DNA of 25,717 nucleotides from an uncultured bacterium (GTDB lineage Bacteria; CAYUVA01), in the NCBI GenBank assembly GCA_964448115.1, contig CAYUVA010000011.1, forward strand, positions 62,001-87,717, written 5' to 3'. The position numbers and the translations under genes were made by a program. The notes under the pieces are model-generated. The model had not been told where the DNA came from. It did not search any database and saw nothing but the letters and a program-made list of their open reading frames with translations. The stretch's first letter is position 1. Every line of letters begins with the position of its first letter. This document shows, one piece after another, positions 17,521-25,717 of this stretch.

Positions 17521-20190
17521 ATGAGACTCGCTGATGGCAAAGAAAAGAAGGTGGGAGTCCACAGGATCACTGCTTTCTTGTTCGTTTTTTTTAGTACCTT
17601 TTTAATACATTTCCTTACACTCAGTCGCTTTGTGCCTATAGGAGACAGCGGCGAACTGGCTACCGCAGCCTACTGCCTGGGTATCCCCCACCCCCCTGGA
17701 TATCCTTTGTATTCGATGCTCTGCAAGCTAGCAGTCCTGCTTTCTGGCAGTGAACCTGTTTTTAATGCAAACCTGCTTTCGGCACTTTTTGCCTCACTAT
17801 CAGCGGGTATGTTGTTTATACTCATCGGTCAATTAACTAGCTCTTATATCATTGGGATTCTCGCCGCCCTGGTTTTCGCCACCACCAGGGAGTTCTGGTG
17901 CCAATCGGTCGTAGCTGAGGTCTATACATTGCATATTCTGATTCTTTGTATGCTCATTATTTTGCTTATCCAGGCTGCAAACCGAAAAAGCGGATGGATC
18001 AAGATGGTCTATTTAATTGCTTTCATATTCGGGTTAGGCTTAGGCAATCATCACACCTTGCTATCATTCCTGGTTTTGCTCCCATTTATGTTGAGAAGAA
18101 GGTTCATTTTTATTTTAAGGCATCCTCGTTCACTGGTTACAACATTCCTGTTCTTCCTGCTCGGTATCTCGGTTTATCTTTACCTACCGCTAAGATCTTG
18201 TGCAAATCCACCCCTGGATTGGGGCAATCCGCAGGGGCTTAGTGGCTTTGTCGAGACCATAACTCGTACCCAATACAGGGCTTTCGAGATCATACGCTCA
18301 TGGGATATCTACAAGGAGCAGCTTCTTTTTTCTCTCAAGGAGATGGTCTCGCAGTTCGGCGCAGGCATGATCCCGGGAATCCTGGCATGGTGCCTGGTCA
18401 TCTTGGGATTTGGCATTTTGTTAAAACAAGACAAAATGACTGCTATCGGCATTTTCATTTTTATTTTAGCAAACACACTATGGGTAATCCTTATCTCGGA
18501 TCTGTCGTACTCTCATTTCACCAAGCTAGTACCGGTCTTCTTCATCCCGGCTTATCTTGCCGCCATCATTCTTATTTCAATAGCCATAAGCTCCCTAGTG
18601 GGAAGTTTTCGCATCATCGGCTGTATATTTCTATGCCTGGTCTTGTTCAATCAAACAAGGTTGAATTACTCGATAGCTGATCACTCAAAGAAGGATATCA
18701 CAAATATAACTACCACCAATATTTTACACTTGCTTCCCAATAATGCGGTTCTACTCACCGAGTGGGATGATATCCATTTTCCGTTGCTTTATGCTCAGGT
18801 AGTTAAAGGGAAGCGACCTGACCTCAAGATAATAAATAGGCTCAACCTCGCTTATCCGTGGGGCTATGCGAATGTAGAAGCACGGTATCCTGACCTTACG
18901 CTCGTGCCCATCGAAAAGATCGTTCGCCAGGTCAAGACTAGCGATGTTATCTTGGTTAGCAGCGAGCTTTATCGGCAGTTCATCTTTCGCAACCAAGGGC
19001 GCTTTCGCATCTTCGCCACGGTGAACAACTTCGAGAAGATAGTCGAGCTTTTCGCAGGCGACCGCAAAGCCATACCTTATACGCTGGTACTCGAAATCGT
19101 GCCCTATTCGATGGAATATGAGCCAAACCAGATCTCACCGCTTTTGTTGGAGGCTTATAACAGCATCCGCTTCGGCAGCATCGCAAAGCCGAGCTATCAT
19201 GTCGATGACCGAACGCATCAGCTCATCAACTGCTATGCCTTGGGGCTTATGTTTATGGGAAGCTATATGCGGGAGATCGATAAGCTGATCCCCTCGGAGA
19301 TGATCATAAAAAAGGCGATCCAGCTAGATCCCATTGACCCGCAGCCATACTATCATCTTGGGCTTACTTACCTAGCTATGGGGAGGAACGAGAAGGCTGC
19401 GCAAGCATGGGAAAAGTGCCTTGAATTGGACAATACAGTGTCTATGGTCAGGAAAAAGTTGATCGAGCTTTATCGAAAAGAGGGGAACCAGGAGGCAGCA
19501 GCCCAGCATGAAAAACTGCTTCAAGACACGAGTTATCCCGGCGAGACCCCCACCGAGCGCAAGGGGCGGATTGCCTTTACACATGGGAATTACCGAGAGG
19601 CAGCCAACGCCTTCCGCAGGGCAATTAAGCAAAATCCAGAGAGGGTAGATAATTTCTATAACCTTGGCGCATCGCTGATCAAGCTCGGGGAGCTTCAGGA
19701 GGCAAGCCGATGGCTAATCCGATGCCTGGCGCTTGATCCTGACCACCAGGAGGCTATGCGTTACTTGGCTAAGATATACATCGAGCTAAAGGACTATTCA
19801 CGGGCAGAAGCGGTGCTTAAGAAGTTTACCTCTCGAAGTCCAGATGATGCCGCTGCATGGAAGGATCTAAGCATGGTGCTGATGCAACAGGAGAAGTTCC
19901 AGGATGCGATCGAGGCTAATCGACGCCTGGTGAAACTTATGCCGAATGATGCGAGAGGATACTACAATCTCGGTGTTCTGTACTATCGACTTGGACAGGT
20001 TGATAATGCAATCGGGTACTGGAAACAGGCGACAAGCAAGCAGGGCGTAATCCCTGACATTTACTACAATCTCGCAGTTGTCAGCGCAAAAAAGGGTGAG
20101 CTTAAAGATGCGCATCGATACATAGAAAAAGCATTATCGCTCAAAGCAGGCTTCGAGCCAGCCCTAAAGCTCAAACAAAGACTTCAATGA
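17521..20190 (+). CDS. DUF2723/TMEM260-like GT-C membrane glycosyltransferase with C-terminal TPR array
   Basis: GDSGELATAAYCLGIPHPPGYPLY, AEVYTLH, GLGNHHT, YLYLPLRS...DWGNP, WDDIHFPLLYAQ...RPD; many TM helices; repeated TPR units (YYHLG, FYNLG, YYNLG, YYNLA). Confidence 0.9.
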   Translation: MRLADGKEKKVGVHRITAFLFVFFSTFLIHFLTLSRFVPIGDSGELATAAYCLGIPHPPGYPLYSMLCKLAVLLSGSEPVFNANLLSALFASLSAGMLFILIGQLTSSYIIGILAALVFATTREFWCQSVVAEVYTLHILILCMLIILLIQAANRKSGWIKMVYLIAFIFGLGLGNHHTLLSFLVLLPFMLRRRFIFILRHPRSLVTTFLFFLLGISVYLYLPLRSCANPPLDWGNPQGLSGFVETITRTQYRAFEIIRSWDIYKEQLLFSLKEMVSQFGAGMIPGILAWCLVILGFGILLKQDKMTAIGIFIFILANTLWVILISDLSYSHFTKLVPVFFIPAYLAAIILISIAISSLVGSFRIIGCIFLCLVLFNQTRLNYSIADHSKKDITNITTTNILHLLPNNAVLLTEWDDIHFPLLYAQVVKGKRPDLKIINRLNLAYPWGYANVEARYPDLTLVPIEKIVRQVKTSDVILVSSELYRQFIFRNQGRFRIFATVNNFEKIVELFAGDRKAIPYTLVLEIVPYSMEYEPNQISPLLLEAYNSIRFGSIAKPSYHVDDRTHQLINCYALGLMFMGSYMREIDKLIPSEMIIKKAIQLDPIDPQPYYHLGLTYLAMGRNEKAAQAWEKCLELDNTVSMVRKKLIELYRKEGNQEAAAQHEKLLQDTSYPGETPTERKGRIAFTHGNYREAANAFRRAIKQNPERVDNFYNLGASLIKLGELQEASRWLIRCLALDPDHQEAMRYLAKIYIELKDYSRAEAVLKKFTSRSPDDAAAWKDLSMVLMQQEKFQDAIEANRRLVKLMPNDARGYYNLGVLYYRLGQVDNAIGYWKQATSKQGVIPDIYYNLAVVSAKKGELKDAHRYIEKALSLKAGFEPALKLKQRLQ

Positions 20191-20193
20191 CTT

Positions 20194-20248
20194 CACGCAA
20201 AGAACGCAAAGAAGTATCGCATAATCCGATCGTGATGCCTTTGTGGTT
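20194..20248. repeat. Degenerate/composite copy of the periodic palindromic intergenic repeat
   Basis: CACGCAAAGAACGCAAAG (20194-20211, 9-nt period variant) and right-arm remnant TGCCTTTGTGGTT (20236-20248) between convergent stops. Confidence 0.55.
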
Positions 20249-20257
20249 AAATGCCCC

Positions 20258-21739
20258 TTATCCATTAAGCCTCAAACCTCTTTTAATTGCCCTGAATGCC
20301 CAGTAGAGAGCTGAGAAAAATGGCTTAAAGAAACGGCTGGAGAGTAATCTTATCAGCGGCGGGAAAGAAAGAAGACGCATCAGGCGCTTGTTCACCTTAC
20401 GCCTATAAAGCGCAAACAGAAAGTTAACATAGGTCGGCTTCCGGAGGTGATATTCCTGGGTATGCCAATTGGTCTCATCATCGGGAAGGTACCCTAGCGA
20501 ATGTAGCAAATCAGCCATTTGGGTCCCCGGAAAGGGTGCCAGTGAGAACAACTGAAGGTCAAACGGATAAGGCATCTGCTGGATGAAGCGCAGGGTGGCG
20601 ATATTGTCTTGCAGCGTCTCCATCGGATTGTCTATGATGAAGTCGAATATGGCTCTCAGGCGCGGGTGATAGCCGACCAGCATTCTGACCATCTCAAGCT
20701 CCTGGACCGGCGAGATGTTGCGCTTGTATAGCTGTTTTGTTCTGGGGCTGGCGGTCTGGATTCCCATCTGCACTGCTGCCAGTCCAGCGTCCATTAGCGC
20801 TTCGATCTTGCCTTTGGTTATAGTGCGCGGGCTGCCCAGACAGAAGAAGGTCTTGCCGATATTGGCTTTGTAACTCTTGGCAAAGCGCTTGATATAGTCC
20901 TCTCTGGCTGCGAAAAATGAATCGTCAGAGAAGCCTATGATCTCGATGAAATCGAATCTTTCAAGCATCAGAGTAAGTTCGCTGATGATATTATCGATGC
21001 TTCTACGGCGCAGGTACTTCTGCCCGCTGTAAATCGACTTGAGCGCATTGTTACAGCAGTATGTGCAATAGTGCGGACAGCCCCTAGTGGTCAGCGTCTG
21101 ATAGCCGGTGCGTTCAAATACACGCGAAATTCCCCCACGAAACATGTATTCATGTAGCAGCCCAGGTGTAAACTCCACCAGCTCATCGCCATCATCGATG
21201 AGATAATGATCATCAAGCGAATAATCGGGAAAAGGGAGAGCGTCCAGGTCCTGAAGCAGCTTTCGTGGTGGATTGATAACCTGTTCAGAGCCGCTCCGAA
21301 AAGAAATGTTTGGTATATCTTTAGGATCCCTGTTCATTGCATTGAGAAGCTCAAGGAACGCCTCCTCTCCCTCTCCGATGACCACATAGTCAGCATGTTC
21401 AAGGCACTGCAAGGGTCGAATGGTAGGATGAATCCCCCCCCAGATTACAGGGATATCAGCGCTTGCTTTAATGGCTTGAGTAAGCTCTATCGCACCCTCG
21501 AAGTAGTTGGTCATAAGTGATATGCCAATGGCATCGACATTCCCGGCAAAAGCCTTGACCCGTTCAAGCACCCGCTGGTTATAGCGAGGAGCTTTTCGCT
21601 TCAGCAGCGTGTGGGTCGGTGGCTCGTGGGGGATAAAGAGCATGGCGGTCTCGATGCCGTTTGCTTTGAGATAGGCTGACAAGATGCGCAGCCCGTATGC
21701 AGTTATGTCAGAGTATGGCGATAGGAGTCCGACCTTCAT
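20258..21739 (-). CDS. Cobalamin-binding radical SAM protein
   Basis: N-terminal B12-binding-like domain (YGLRILSAYLK, GISLMT, VIWGGIHPT, VIGEGE), LDALPFPD, CxxxCxxC as RGCPHYCTYC, FSDDSF. Confidence 0.93.
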   Translation of the reverse strand: MKVGLLSPYSDITAYGLRILSAYLKANGIETAMLFIPHEPPTHTLLKRKAPRYNQRVLERVKAFAGNVDAIGISLMTNYFEGAIELTQAIKASADIPVIWGGIHPTIRPLQCLEHADYVVIGEGEEAFLELLNAMNRDPKDIPNISFRSGSEQVINPPRKLLQDLDALPFPDYSLDDHYLIDDGDELVEFTPGLLHEYMFRGGISRVFERTGYQTLTTRGCPHYCTYCCNNALKSIYSGQKYLRRRSIDNIISELTLMLERFDFIEIIGFSDDSFFAAREDYIKRFAKSYKANIGKTFFCLGSPRTITKGKIEALMDAGLAAVQMGIQTASPRTKQLYKRNISPVQELEMVRMLVGYHPRLRAIFDFIIDNPMETLQDNIATLRFIQQMPYPFDLQLFSLAPFPGTQMADLLHSLGYLPDDETNWHTQEYHLRKPTYVNFLFALYRRKVNKRLMRLLSFPPLIRLLSSRFFKPFFSALYWAFRAIKRGLRLNG

Positions 21740-21808
21740 GGGATATGTATAATAGTGCGATTGTGCGCCACTGGCAAATTAAATAGCAGTAAAGTATGAG
21801 AGATTTTA

Positions 21809-21834
21809 AACCAACAAGGCGCTAAGGCACAAAG
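21809..21834. repeat. Left arm of the octamer-periodic palindromic repeat
   Basis: AACCAACAAGGCGCTAAGGCACAAAG, two mismatches to AACCACnAAGGCACnAAGGCACnAAG. Confidence 0.75.
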
Positions 21835-21846
21835 TGGCAGTACATA

Positions 21847-21875
21847 ATTGTACAAAGGTGTTTCGACAATGTCAA
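21847..21875 (-). promoter_or_regulatory. Near-consensus sigma70 promoter for the radical SAM gene
   Basis: Minus strand TTGACA (21875-21870), 17-nt spacer, TACAAT (21852-21847), about 108 nt upstream of the ATG at 21739. Confidence 0.8.
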
Positions 21876-21956
21876 GATTAAACCACTAGTCGGGATGACA
21901 TGTTTGGTTAGTTTTGAGATATACTCAAAGGAGGAGGGAGCAGGAGAAGGAGAGGA

Positions 21957-21973
21957 GGTACAAAGACACCAAG
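21957..21973. repeat. Partial left arm of the same repeat, preceded by a polypurine tract
   Basis: GGTACAAAGACACCAAG versus consensus GGCACnAAGGCACnAAG (two mismatches). Confidence 0.5.
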
Positions 21974-22021
21974 AAGAATTACTAAGCATCCCACGACCAT
22001 ATCAAGCTACCACGGTCCCCC

Positions 22022-24367
22022 TCAATCTCTTTCCGATGGCATTGGCTCTATATTCAATCCATCAAAGTATAGCTCTGCCTCTGGTGTCTTGAAGCCCTCC
22101 CAGGCGAGGCGGGGGAGGTTATAGTAGCCTTTTAGCTTCCAGGTTCGTTTCTGCTGGGAGTCTTGATTCCAAAGGATTATGGTGATCTCATCCCCCGGCT
22201 TCCATCGAAACTGCTTGGAGACATGGATCGTGTAATCGAAGCCCTCGAAGTACGACTTTATCAATTGAATGTTGTTGATATAGAGTTTAAGGTCTCCTTT
22301 TGGCTCGAAAAAAGCCTTCTTTGCGGTTACAATTTTTGAATCATCCTCTGCGGAATCCCTTAGCTCTATCTCGCCTTCCTGGTAGCGCACGAATCCCGTA
22401 TCTTTGTTTATGGTGAGTCTTATCGTGTTTATATAGTATAACTTGTTAAGGCTATCATGCCATTTTATAAATTTCCTTGCCTGCTGTTCATATACCCCAG
22501 TAGATGATGGCAACCATCGTCGGCGCAGCTCCAGATCCTGCAAGTACTGTCGAAACATGTCATAAGGCTCTCTAGTATCAGGCAGGTTTTGAGCATCTGA
22601 GGTAAACAGCTCTCTTATCTGTTTTGCCTGTATGTTATCCCACTGGGCTGCGTAATTTGTGAGCTGCTCGCAGACATCACTTTTTAACTCTGCATCCCGG
22701 CAATCGGTGCAAACACCAGCCAGCGCCTGGAAGTTCACCCGATGTTCACCGGGAGACTTCTCGATCCCCGTTTTGTATTTATTCAGCATGAAGGTGCAGC
22801 GTGATTTCTCATACAGAACCACAGCCTCTCCTGCTAGCTGAGGTATATCGGGTGATGGTGGATCTTGCTCATTCATCTTTTGTAACTTGACTACCATATC
22901 CCCAATGTAGCTCTCAGCATCTTTCAGCTCTAGCTGGGATAACTCGGCTGATCGCCACAATAAAGGGATCGCCTGCTTTATTACCGATGCAAGACTTACC
23001 TTGGTTGGTTGAAGAACCTCTTTTTGAAAAAACTTTACGGTATCTGGATTATTTATCTTTTTCATTATGACTTTGGTCTTTTCGATCAATTGTTCGTAAC
23101 GGGAGATATATTGCTTCAATTTTCCATTTAGGCTTTCAAAGGAATATATTATGGGCATTAGATCCTCGGCTAGGCTTTCTGATCGGCTATTTATAACTTT
23201 AAGGTTAGATATCAAGGTTTCCTTTGAGAATTGTTCATATAGTCTCCTTACCCTCGTTGCTGGTTGCCAGTCAGGTATGGGGATAAAGACGAGCCTATCG
23301 CCAGGCAAATATATAAACGGATGCTGTTGGCTGTATAACTCATCTAGTTTATTAAGCACTCTTTCAGCGCTGATAGAGCCACTATTATGCTGCTCAAGCA
23401 GTCGCTCAAGTTCATTGTAAGCCTGGTAATCGCGAATGGCTAGCAGGGTCAGTGAGAAGAAAACAATTAGCACTCCAATAGCGATGGGACGCAGTTTGCG
23501 GATTACTTGGCGCGGTCTTTTGCCCTCCTTTGCTTTTATCCCGCTGAACAGCCCACTTTTCAGGGTTTCCAGCAGCCCAATCGGTTGCCAAGCCCTTAAA
23601 TCACCTATGACATAGTTCACATTATCCTGATGATCATCGTTTTGCTTGATCTGCTTGGGTGATGCTCCCAAGGAAGCAACATAACAGATCTTGATCGGCT
23701 TTTGTGGTTTGGATTTAAGGAGTATATTAGCATGACTTTTGTATAATTCTCTAAACTTTTTTGTTGCCAGCTTATTATCCTTATTTAGCTCGTTCAATTG
23801 GCGAGTTACCTGTTCACTCGATTGATCTTTAAAAAGCAAATCAGACTTGGTAACCACAACTACTATGGGATTTTCAGGCTTTTTATCCTCGAATAATCGT
23901 CGAGCATTTGCTATAGCCTCGAACTGTCCTCTCAGTCGCTCGAATGCAAGGTCAGACTGGTAACTGGCTGTAGCCAATGATGCATCGAACATAAGGTAAA
24001 GACAGTGGCTGGAGGCTATATACTCGCTAAGGCGACTGGCACCGGCAGATGGCTCATGGCTGGCAGCAATCTCGCCGGGGAAGTCTATGGTTTGGACATA
24101 TATCCCTTCCTTTCCCTCGAATTCGAGGTAGAGTCTCAGATCATACCACTGGTCGATGCGTGTTTTCTCCACTGTTTTGCCCTTGCGCAGCGAATCTACT
24201 CGTTCTGCAAAGAAGGGCTTGCGACCCTCCTCGACTACCTCGCTTATGGCAACGGGGATCTTGTTAAGTTGTGATGCGAGGACGCACGAGGTAAGGAAGG
24301 TGGTCTTCCCCGATGCTTGGTATCCGATAAATAGCGCCAGAAGACCTTTCTTACCGCTAGCTTTCAT
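22022..24367 (-). CDS. Uncharacterised TRAFAC-type GTPase with one TM helix and a large C-terminal helical plus beta-rich region
   Basis: G1 GYQASGKT (aa 15-22), candidate G2 Thr in EKTR, G3 DFPGE, G4 TKSD; basic patch KRPRQVIRKLRP then TM IAIGVLIVFFSLTLLAI (aa ~295-311). Confidence 0.82.
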   Translation of the reverse strand: MKASGKKGLLALFIGYQASGKTTFLTSCVLASQLNKIPVAISEVVEEGRKPFFAERVDSLRKGKTVEKTRIDQWYDLRLYLEFEGKEGIYVQTIDFPGEIAASHEPSAGASRLSEYIASSHCLYLMFDASLATASYQSDLAFERLRGQFEAIANARRLFEDKKPENPIVVVVTKSDLLFKDQSSEQVTRQLNELNKDNKLATKKFRELYKSHANILLKSKPQKPIKICYVASLGASPKQIKQNDDHQDNVNYVIGDLRAWQPIGLLETLKSGLFSGIKAKEGKRPRQVIRKLRPIAIGVLIVFFSLTLLAIRDYQAYNELERLLEQHNSGSISAERVLNKLDELYSQQHPFIYLPGDRLVFIPIPDWQPATRVRRLYEQFSKETLISNLKVINSRSESLAEDLMPIIYSFESLNGKLKQYISRYEQLIEKTKVIMKKINNPDTVKFFQKEVLQPTKVSLASVIKQAIPLLWRSAELSQLELKDAESYIGDMVVKLQKMNEQDPPSPDIPQLAGEAVVLYEKSRCTFMLNKYKTGIEKSPGEHRVNFQALAGVCTDCRDAELKSDVCEQLTNYAAQWDNIQAKQIRELFTSDAQNLPDTREPYDMFRQYLQDLELRRRWLPSSTGVYEQQARKFIKWHDSLNKLYYINTIRLTINKDTGFVRYQEGEIELRDSAEDDSKIVTAKKAFFEPKGDLKLYINNIQLIKSYFEGFDYTIHVSKQFRWKPGDEITIILWNQDSQQKRTWKLKGYYNLPRLAWEGFKTPEAELYFDGLNIEPMPSERD

Positions 24368-24393
24368 CGATTATAAAGGTTATGGAGTAATCT

Positions 24394-24461
24394 AGCCACA
24401 AGGGCACTAAGGCACTAGGAGCAAGGATGTTATTTCTTTGTGCTTTTGTGCCTTGGTGGTT
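24394..24461. repeat. Complete copy of the octamer-periodic palindromic repeat (27-bp imperfect stem, 14-nt loop)
   Basis: AGCCACAAGGGCACTAAGGCACTAGGA (24394-24420) pairs with TCTTTGTGCTTTTGTGCCTTGGTGGTT (24435-24461); true mismatches only at stem positions 7, 15 and 23, plus four G-T pairs. Confidence 0.88.
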
Positions 24462-24490
24462 CAAAAGCCCTGCACCCTCAAGTCTCAAGC

Positions 24491-24982
24491 CTACTTGACC
24501 ACGTTCTTTATCGACTCAATGAAGTGCTGTTGCATCTTTTCAAGCTCTTCGAGCGATTTTGAGAGTGCATCCTCGATCATCTGGCGATAGCGCGTAAAAA
24601 GATGGCTAGGTAGCTTATCCTTTTTCGCCTCCAGTGACTCCATCTCCCTGATATATCTCTCCAGGGCTTTATCACGAAATGCGTGGTAGGCATCTAATGT
24701 CTTATCGAGCGCATCGCCCGCCTCGGAGCTGACCAGGAACTCCGCCTTGCCGGCAGCAGCCCTCAACTGGGTGTCGTAGGCGAGCTTCATGGCGCGAATC
24801 TGCTCCTCTATCTGTACCTTGAGCGCTTTTTTCTTGGCTTCGTTTATGCTCCGGGATAAAACGAGTTTGGAGATGATGCCGCTGGATGCCTCCTCCAGGA
24901 ACTCCTTGAAGCGCTCCGGCGATTCGAGGAGTGCCTTGTGATCGACCCTCTTTGCAGGCAGGTGGCTGTTATCATCCTTCAT
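24491..24982 (-). CDS. Hypothetical all-alpha/coiled-coil protein
   Basis: 163-aa ORF rich in E/K/A/L with amphipathic helical pattern; purine-rich GGAAGGGA upstream; no recognisable catalytic motif. Confidence 0.75.
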   Translation of the reverse strand: MKDDNSHLPAKRVDHKALLESPERFKEFLEEASSGIISKLVLSRSINEAKKKALKVQIEEQIRAMKLAYDTQLRAAAGKAEFLVSSEAGDALDKTLDAYHAFRDKALERYIREMESLEAKKDKLPSHLFTRYRQMIEDALSKSLEELEKMQQHFIESIKNVVK

Positions 24983-25085
24983 ATTTATCTTAATCCCTTC
25001 CGTGCTATGAGTTTTACTTACCTAGTATAAAATATAATACAGAACAAGCTCTAAGTCATCTCATCGAGTAAGGTAATATAGATAT

Positions 25086-25145
25086 GGCACTAGAGATGAA
25101 ACAAACTCTCCCCAATTTATCCTTAGTGCCTTTTAAATTTATGGT
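25086..25145. repeat. Degenerate copy of the palindromic repeat
   Basis: GGCACTA (25086-25092) pairs with TAGTGCC (25124-25130); the right arm CTTAGTGCCTT...TTTATGGT follows the consensus with a decayed middle unit. Confidence 0.6.
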
Positions 25146-25155
25146 CTTAATGAAG

Positions 25156-25716
25156 CTAAAATTCCCTGGTCTCGCCCGCGTTCATAATGATTACTTCAAT
25201 ACCGGTGTCGGCGAGTAGCCTCTTGAATTCTTCTGGATCTGCCTTGATAGGTGGCCAGGTATTATAATGCATAGGAATAGCTATTTTAGGCTTGACCATC
25301 TTTGCCGCAATGGAGGCATCGCGAACTCCCATGGTGAAGTTGTCTCCGATAGGGAGCATAGCGATATCGACATCCTCGTACTCGCCGAGAAGCTCCATGT
25401 CCTTGGTGAGCGCGGTATCGCCGGCATGGTAAATCGTCTTCCCTCCAAAGTTGAGCAAAACGCCTGCCGGATGTCCCAGGTAAGTGAGATCATTAAGAGC
25501 TGATCCATGCAGCGCATTGGTCAGCTTCACGCGCCCAAAGGGAAAATCGAAACCACCGCCGATATGCATATTATGTGCATTCACCCCTTTACCACTCAGG
25601 TAAATGGCGATCTCGTTATTAGCGATCACGGTAGCATTATTAGCCTTGGCAATGGCCTCCGCATCACCTAGGTGATCTCCATGCCCGTGGGTTACGATAA
25701 CATAGTCAGTCTTGAT
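25156..25716 (-). CDS. Metallo-beta-lactamase-fold metal-dependent hydrolase (UPF0173-like), 5'-truncated
   Basis: Frame open to the window edge: IKTDYVIVTHGHGDHLGDA (HxHxDH), ALHGS, IYHAGDT, LPIGDNFTMG, IPMHYNTWP. Confidence 0.93.
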   Translation of the reverse strand: MKTDYVIVTHGHGDHLGDAEAIAKANNATVIANNEIAIYLSGKGVNAHNMHIGGGFDFPFGRVKLTNALHGSALNDLTYLGHPAGVLLNFGGKTIYHAGDTALTKDMELLGEYEDVDIAMLPIGDNFTMGVRDASIAAKMVKPKIAIPMHYNTWPPIKADPEEFKRLLADTGIEVIIMNAGETREF

Positions 25717-25717
25717 C

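Noticed and set aside
21755-21770. Sigma54-like TGGCGCACAATCGC on the minus strand upstream of the radical SAM gene
   Set aside because: GG-to-GC spacing is 9 nt, not the required 10; a good sigma70 promoter explains the gene.
23467-23475. TTAGCACTC, a perfect CIRCE left arm
   Set aside because: Inside the GTPase CDS (TM-coding region) with no GAGTGCTAA right arm.
20191-25155. CRISPR array or IS-end interpretation of the intergenic repeats
   Set aside because: Copies are separated by whole genes rather than 30-40-nt spacers, are not identical, and no cas gene, transposase or target duplication is visible.

Overview
Bacterial chromosomal window with two parts. The left ~13 kb is housekeeping, all on the + strand: a heat-shock operon (5'-truncated dnaK, Hsp20, dnaJ, hspR-like MerR regulator, endonuclease III-like glycosylase), a REC protein plus multi-PAS histidine kinase, and the conserved tRNA-Gln(UUG)-prs-rplY-pth-rpsF-ssb-rpsR-DUF2232-rplI block. 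The right part holds aconitase and a fused family-I CoA-transferase (-), a small membrane protein and a DUF2723/TMEM260-like GT-C glycosyltransferase with TPRs (+), then on the - strand a B12-binding radical SAM enzyme, a 781-aa GTPase-TM-extracytoplasmic protein, a 163-aa helical protein and a truncated metallo-beta-lactamase-fold hydrolase. Main observations: (1) all four intergenic spacers from 20.2 to 25.2 kb carry arms of an octamer-periodic imperfect palindrome (AACCACnAAG-GCACnAAG-GCACnAAG), so these genes look like repeat-delimited cassettes; (2) inside them sits an uncharacterised two-gene module (helical protein + membrane-anchored TRAFAC-type GTPase); (3) a candidate structured RNA with alternative pairings lies between rpsR and DUF2232-rplI; (4) rpsF and rpsR appear to start at CUG and AUA. 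All calls come from motif reading by eye; no searches were run.
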